Part shown: piece by piece, positions 58,711 to 64,000 of the stretch | Layout of the letters: each line of letters begins with the position of its first letter | Numbering within the stretch: the first letter of the stretch is position 1 | Source: an uncultured Thermoplasmata archaeon | Lineage (GTDB): Archaea; Thermoplasmatota; Thermoplasmata; RBG-16-68-12 | DNA length: 64,000 nt | Assembly (NCBI GenBank): GCA_963768855.1 | Contig: CAVYJM010000006.1 | Location: forward strand, 352,001 to 416,000 | Direction: 5' to 3' | Notes under the pieces: generated by a model | Seen by the model: the letters and a program-made list of their open reading frames with translations, nothing else | Database searches by the model: none | Told to the model about the DNA's origin: nothing | Made by a program: the position numbers and the translations under genes

Positions 58711-60324
58711 ATGGCCGCCGCCGCTACCGAATCCGCCTCGCCCCTGACCCTGATGGCCCTCCGCTGCCGCGCATGCACCGCGCCGCTCAACGTCACGAGC
58801 CCGGACGAGGTCGTCATCCGCTGCCCGAGTTGCGGCACGAGCCAGAAGGTCGTGGACGCGCGGGCGTTCCTGGACCAGATCATGCTCCAGGTGAACGCCT
58901 GGGTGCGGCAGGCCATCCCGATGGGCATGGAGACCTACGCGAACCAGACGGTCGATCCGATCGCGCGGCAGAGCGTCTTCATGAACTACGTCAAACCGCG
59001 CCTGACGACGGAGTACCAGGAGTACCGCTTCAACTTCCTCAACCTCCTCTCCCATCCCCTCGGCGTCCTGCCCTTCATGGTGGAGCGCGGCCTGCCCGCG
59101 TCGAACACCCCCGCGAACGTCTTCCTCTTCCAGGCGAAGGTCCAGTCGATCGCTCCGCTCGCCATGGACCAGGAAGGCAAGCTGGGGGTCGCGGAGACCG
59201 CGGGAGCCGCGACCGCGTACGCGTACCTCCTGAACAACGCCGCCCTGGCCGCGGACACGAAGCCCGAGCGGTACTACCTGATGAGCAAGAACTTCGCCGC
59301 CGCGGCGGAGTCCCTCAAGAACGTGCCCCGGTACGCCGCCCTGACGGACCGCTTCCAGGCCCTCGCCGACTTGAACACGGGCCTGGACCAGGCGATGAAC
59401 CTGAAGTTCTTCGATGCGCCCGGTCCGCTCGACACGGCAAAGGCCGGACTCGAGGCGGCTCGGGCGAAGGTCGCCCAGGACTTTGACCTCGCGATTATGA
59501 GCCAGGCGATCGACAAGGAGCTCTCCCTCGTCCGCGCGACCGGTTCGATCGTCCGCAGCGCCTCGATGGACCCGACCGGGAACGCCGCCACGTCCATGTC
59601 GTCGATGGGTAGGCTCCTCGCCCTCCTCGGCGCCCTCCGAGACGCCCCGTACCCGCAATGGCGCCCGAGGTTCGCGGACGTCTCCCACTCCGAGGAAATC
59701 CTGCGGTACGTGGAGGACATCCGGAACGCGCAGCGGGGATCCCCTACGCTGAAGGTGATGCCCGGGCAAGGTACCGTGCTCCTCCCGTTCTGGGCCGTCG
59801 ATATCCCGTATACCTTCCAGACGGGCGCCCTCTGGCGGACGCAGGGCGTCGAGGTGACAGAGGCCATGCTCGTCGCCGCGACCTTCCCTCTCGATGGGAA
59901 CGCCTTCTCGGGGACGGACGTTTCGACTGTCCTCACGGACGTCTTCACGGCCCGCGAGCGCACGGGGTTCTTCAACGACGCGATGAAGCGCGCCTCCGGG
60001 AAGGAGACGAGCATCAGCGGCGGGGGTCCTGTGCGGGACGCGATCGCGCGGGCTGCGATGGCCCCTGCGGGCGCGGTCAAGGTCGTCCCGCCCATCACGA
60101 CGGGACCGGATGCCGCGACCCTCGTCCAGAACTACCTGTTGCGGGTGCGCCAGGTGGACCGGACGATCGACAAGCAGCTGCGGCTCAGCTCGCCTCGCGT
60201 CTCCGGGCTCCTGTACGCCTTCGGCGCTCCGACCGGAATGCAGGCGAACGTCATGCCGTGGCTCGGCGGCCTCGCGCCGCGGTCCGTGGGCGACCTGAAC
60301 GCCATCGCCGCCATCGCTCTCTAG
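58711..60324 (+). CDS. Zn-ribbon protein with a large helical body (~537 aa)
   Basis: CRAC-x15-CPSC at the N-terminus; starts 11 bp after the upstream stop. Confidence 0.75.
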   Translation: MAAAATESASPLTLMALRCRACTAPLNVTSPDEVVIRCPSCGTSQKVVDARAFLDQIMLQVNAWVRQAIPMGMETYANQTVDPIARQSVFMNYVKPRLTTEYQEYRFNFLNLLSHPLGVLPFMVERGLPASNTPANVFLFQAKVQSIAPLAMDQEGKLGVAETAGAATAYAYLLNNAALAADTKPERYYLMSKNFAAAAESLKNVPRYAALTDRFQALADLNTGLDQAMNLKFFDAPGPLDTAKAGLEAARAKVAQDFDLAIMSQAIDKELSLVRATGSIVRSASMDPTGNAATSMSSMGRLLALLGALRDAPYPQWRPRFADVSHSEEILRYVEDIRNAQRGSPTLKVMPGQGTVLLPFWAVDIPYTFQTGALWRTQGVEVTEAMLVAATFPLDGNAFSGTDVSTVLTDVFTARERTGFFNDAMKRASGKETSISGGGPVRDAIARAAMAPAGAVKVVPPITTGPDAATLVQNYLLRVRQVDRTIDKQLRLSSPRVSGLLYAFGAPTGMQANVMPWLGGLAPRSVGDLNAIAAIAL

Positions 60325-60407
60325 CGAGGCACGTCCGACCGGCCGCGTTTTGGAGTGCGTTCAAATACGGCGTCCGGGTAGGCGTTGTCCTAGGGAGGCT
60401 GTGCCTC

Positions 60408-60842
60408 ATGGTGCACGTTCGAGACGAAGGCGCGACGTTCGACGCTCCGGTCGATGTGGTCTGGAAGTATCTGAACTCGGGTCCGACCCACGCGGAAGCC
60501 CACCGCTCGATTCGCAACCGCACGACACAGCCCGCAGGCGAGAACGCGATGATCGCGACGATGGAGAGGAACTGGAACGGCGAGTGGGTCAAGGTCGTGA
60601 GCCGCATGACGCGCCTCCTGCCCCTTGGCATGGTCCAGGAATTCCTCGAGGGCCCGTTCGCCGGCTCCAAAGCGGTCCTCGTGTACTCACCGCAGGGCAC
60701 GAAGACCCGAGTGGACGTCTACGGAGAGTTCACCTCCCCGACGATTCCAGAGGATCAGATCGAGAAGGCCGCGCTCAAGTGGCTCGCGCAGTCGTACGAC
60801 GAGGACGCGCCTGCGGTCAAGGCCTTCGGGGCGAAAAAGTAG
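60408..60842 (+). CDS. SRPBCC-like protein
   Basis: FDAPVDVVWKYL..H, EFLEGPFAGS; SD GGAGG. Confidence 0.7.
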   Translation: MVHVRDEGATFDAPVDVVWKYLNSGPTHAEAHRSIRNRTTQPAGENAMIATMERNWNGEWVKVVSRMTRLLPLGMVQEFLEGPFAGSKAVLVYSPQGTKTRVDVYGEFTSPTIPEDQIEKAALKWLAQSYDEDAPAVKAFGAKK

Positions 60843-60909
60843 GTCCGTGGCAGGCTCCTGAGCTACCTGCCCATGGAGGCCCGATTCGCGTTCCTTTCGA
60901 GTCGCAGGC

Positions 60910-61440
60910 CTACGCTGCGGTCACGGAGAGGATGGACAGGTGGTAGGTCGAGCCGCTCGGGGGACAGCTCGACAGGGATGCGGTGACCGAATAGGGCGTC
61001 GAGCTCCCCACGGCCGCGTAGTAGCTGCCGCTCGTGACTTGGATATCGTTCAGGTAGAACCCGATCTCGGCGTTGGCGTTCAAGGATCCGGTGTTGACCA
61101 CGGTGAACAGGAAGGTCTCCGTCGGCGCTCCCGAAGTCGGACACCGGTGGCTCGCGGAGGTGTTCGTGACGTCAATGCTCGGCTGATTCCCGGACGGACC
61201 TGGGTTCGTCAGGAAGTCGAGCGCGCCCGAGAAGATCAGGATCGCCACGACGAACACGATCACGAAGACCGCGACGGCGGCCTTCGGAGGCCCCTTCCGG
61301 GGCTGAGGTTGCGATGAGGGCGGGGCGCCGGCGGGCGATGGCGTGAACGTCAGCCCTGTCTGGGCGCTGTAGGTTTGCTGATACGGCGAGGGCGGCAATG
61401 GGGACGCTGGCAGGGGCGACGGTCCACCGGAAGGCTGCAT
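60910..61440 (-). CDS. Membrane-anchored protein with Pro-rich N-terminus and Ig/CARDB-like domain
   Basis: Pro/Gln-rich region, TM helix, FTVVNTG..A..GFYLN. Confidence 0.65.
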   Translation of the reverse strand: MQPSGGPSPLPASPLPPSPYQQTYSAQTGLTFTPSPAGAPPSSQPQPRKGPPKAAVAVFVIVFVVAILIFSGALDFLTNPGPSGNQPSIDVTNTSASHRCPTSGAPTETFLFTVVNTGSLNANAEIGFYLNDIQVTSGSYYAAVGSSTPYSVTASLSSCPPSGSTYHLSILSVTAA

Positions 61441-61675
61441 GATCTCCCTCAGACTCGTGATCTGGGTGTCTGGGATAGTCTGCTTCGTGCATGTCCTTCA
61501 ATGTATCTCCACGAGTTCACCGTTTGAGAGATTCGACTGTCATTGCGAGTCACGGGGTTCGACGCGCGTCGTCCACCATTCTATGCGTTGAACGCGGTGC
61601 CGGCGATATCGCATTCTCGTCTGCGACCCGCCCTTTCCGCATAGACTTATCCGCCGCAGGCCTTACTCCCGGTTC

Positions 61676-62861
61676 GTGAGTTCCAAGACCAAGGTCGTCA
61701 TCGCCGGCGCGGCCCGCACGCCGATCGGCAAATTCAGGGGTGCCTTCTCCGAGGTGCCCGCCCCGCGCCTCGGTGCCGTCGCGGTGAAGGAGGCCATTCG
61801 AAGGGCGAGGATCGAGCCGAAGGACGTCAGCGAGTTGTTCTTTGGGTGCGTGATTCAGGCGGGACTGTATCAGAACTGCGCGCGGCAGGTCGTCATCTTC
61901 TCGGGGATCCCGGAGAGCGTGAGCGGGACGACCCTCAACATGGTCTGCGGGAGCGGGATGCAGGCCATCGCCCAGGGCGTCCGTGCGATCCAAGATGACC
62001 CTGAGGCGATCGTGGTGGCCGGAGGAACGGAGAACATGACCCGGGCCCCCTACCTGCTGCCTCGCGGACGCCAGGGATTCAACCTCGGGCACGCGGAGGT
62101 CCTCGACTCAATGATCACGGACGGCCTCTGGGACGTCTACAACGACTTCCACATGGCCATGGGCGGGGAGATCATGGCCGAGCGGCTGAAGCTGAGTCGG
62201 GAGATGTGCGACGAGTACGCCCTGCGCTCCCAGACTTTCGCGCTCAAGGCCACGGAGTCCGGTCGGTTCGCGAAGGAGATTGTGCCCGTGGGGGTGGAGA
62301 TCCGCGGGAAGAAGGTCCTCGTTGAGCGCGACGAGGGGATTCGACCGGACACGACGCTCGCGGCCCTTGCGCGGCTCCCGCCCGTGTTCAAGGAGAACGG
62401 CGTGCTCACCGCGGGCAACTGCTCCCAGATTTCCGACGGCGCGAGCGCAACAGTCTTGATGAGCGAGCAGAAGGCGCGGGACCTCGGCGTCGAACCCCTC
62501 GGGACGATCGGGGACTTCTGCTCCCAGGCCGTGAAGCCGGAGGACGTAATGTTCGCGCCAATCCCCTGCGTGCGGAAGCTGATGAAGCGGACGGGTCTCC
62601 GGATCGGCGACTTCGACCTGGTCGAGCACAACGAGGCGTTCTCCTCGGCGAGCGTCGGGGTGAGGAAGGAGCTCGACATCCCGTGGGACGTGTTCAACCT
62701 CTGCGGGGGCGCGGTCGCCCTCGGGCACCCCATCGGATGCTCGGGCAACCGCATCGTGGTCACGCTCCTGTCACTCGATGAAGGAGAAGGACGCCCACCG
62801 CGGGCTCGCGACCCTCTGCATCGGAGGCGGGGACGCGATGGCGATGGTGCTCGAGCGCTAG
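61676..62861 (+). CDS. Acetyl-CoA acetyltransferase (thiolase), +1 frameshift near 62775
   Basis: RTPIG, NMVCGSGM, NEAF, GHPIGCSG; the terminal LCIGGGDAMAMVLER* motif lies in the shifted frame. Confidence 0.92.
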
Positions 62862-63097
62862 GGACCCGTGGGGCCGCGCGCGAGGACGAATCCAAGGAGC
62901 GGCTCCTAGACCAAGATGCGGCGCGTGACGCGGAACCGCGAGGGCCCCGTTGCCACATCCACGGAGCCGCTCGGGCGTCCGTCAATCTTCGCGTCTGCGA
63001 TGTACCAGCCGGATAGCACGGCCGGCCGCGTGCCGGGTCGAGGTCGTGATAGGACTCATCGAGGTCCTCTCTCTCGGTCATCACGGCCGTTTCAGCG

Positions 63098-63443
63098 TTA
63101 TCTCGGCACTCGCTTGCGGGTCAGGCGGTGCTGCCGTGCGAGCGTCTTCGTGTTGATCTTCCGGAAGATGTCGATCACGTCGTAGATCTCGGGCTGGGCG
63201 ACACGGTAGTAGACCGTGGTCCCTGCCTGTCGGCGTTCAAGCACGCCGGTCTCCCAGAGGAACTTCAGATGGATGGAAAGGTTCGGCTGGCTCACGTGGG
63301 TCAGGGAGACCAGCTCCTTCACGGATCTTCTCGCCTTTCCGCAGCAGGTCCAGGACTCTCAGGCGGACGGGACTCGAAAGGGACTTGCACACCTGTGCGT
63401 GAAGCTCGTAGGCTGCGTCGTTCACGGCTCGGGAATCGTTCAT
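63098..63443 (-). CDS. ArsR/SmtB-family regulator, +1 frameshift near 63326
   Basis: CKSLSSPVRLRVLDLL..GEK / SVKEL..SQPNLSIHLKFLWETGVL..RQAGTTVYY. Confidence 0.85.
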
Positions 63444-63459
63444 TTGATCAATTTAAATA

Positions 63460-63507
63460 TTTGGATGAGACCAAAGAACATTCGGAATATGCTTCGCAGT
63501 CGAATGT
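63460..63507. promoter_or_regulatory. Two inverted repeats in the arsR/dsrE divergent promoter
   Basis: TTTGG-N6-CCAAA (63460-63475) and ACATTCG-N16-CGAATGT (63478-63507), next to TTTAAATA. Confidence 0.5.
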
Positions 63508-63556
63508 ATAGACGACCCTTATCACCCACCTGGTTCGTGCATTCCACGGTGAGATC

Positions 63557-63974
63557 GTGGCTCGAAAGCTGTCGATCGTCGTGTACTCCGGAACTGTGGA
63601 CAAACTGATGCCTGTGGCGATCATGACCGCAGGTGCCGTCGCGATGGACATGGAAGTGAACCTCTTCGTGACGTTCTACGGAATATATTCCTTCCGGAAG
63701 GACCAAGTCCAGAAGAACATGCGATTCAGCAAGGACTTCGAGGACATGGCGCCCTCGATGATGAAGACCATGGAGGAGATGCACGTCCCCTCCTGGTACG
63801 ACATGCTCAAGGAAGCCAAGGCCTCGGGCAAGGTTCGGATTGTGGCCTGTTCGACGAGCGGGCGGGGTCATGCACGTCAAGAAAGAGGACCTGGTCGGCA
63901 TCGTCGACGAGGTCGTCGGCGTCGGCACCTACCTCGATGCTGCGGCGGGATCCGACATCACCCTCTTCATCTGA
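63557..63974 (+). CDS. DsrE/DrsE-like (DsrE2-type) sulfur carrier, frameshift near 63860
   Basis: KLSIVVYSGTVDKL, AMDMEVNLFVTFYG, ACST / MHVKKEDL..GVGTYL..A..SDITLFI. Confidence 0.82.
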
Positions 63975-63988
63975 GGGAGGCGGAAGAC

Positions 63989-64000
63989 ATGGCGCAACTC
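63989..64000 (+). CDS. Start of the next gene (truncated by the window)
   Basis: GGAGG SD followed by ATGGCGCAACTC. Confidence 0.4.

Noticed and set aside
39721-63974. Frameshifts in Roadblock-longin (~40232), rpl10 (~41955), GAP1-like start (~50558), thiolase (~62775), arsR (~63326) and dsrE (~63860) as programmed frameshifting or pseudogenes
   Set aside because: All are single-base indels with no shared slippery heptamer or downstream structure. One hits essential uL10, and both halves of each gene keep intact motifs and codon bias. Sequencing consensus error is the simplest explanation; read mapping would decide.

Overview
64 kb of a high-GC archaeal chromosome. Evidence: archaeal uL11/uL1/uL10(P0)/P1-type ribosomal proteins, Spt5, SecE/Sec61-gamma, FtsZ, TATA-type promoters and GGAGG(TGA) SD sites. 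Bacterial-type gyrase plus HemE/HemH/ChdC point to Thermoplasmatota (inference). Left half is housekeeping: nth, an 8-gene heme operon, gyrBA, a cysteine neighbourhood (cysS, cystathionine gamma-lyase, cystathionine beta-synthase, tRNA-Cys) and tandem ftsZ-ftsZ-secE-spt5. The spt5-rpl11-rpl1-rpl10-rpl12 cluster is split by two ~6 kb blocks. The most notable accessory loci are (1) a low-GC four-gene operon after rpl12 (Panacea/SocA-like, PIN, PD-(D/E)XK, TGT-like Zn protein), a candidate undescribed defence/toxin-antitoxin system; (2) a double TRAFAC-GTPase locus with a GAP1-N/DENN-like partner; and (3) an APC permease + metallophosphoesterase + nucleotidyltransferase-like triad. At least five single-base frameshifts, including one in essential rpl10, look like sequencing consensus errors, so single-base oddities need read-level checks. 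All family assignments come from motif recognition by eye; no database searches were run.
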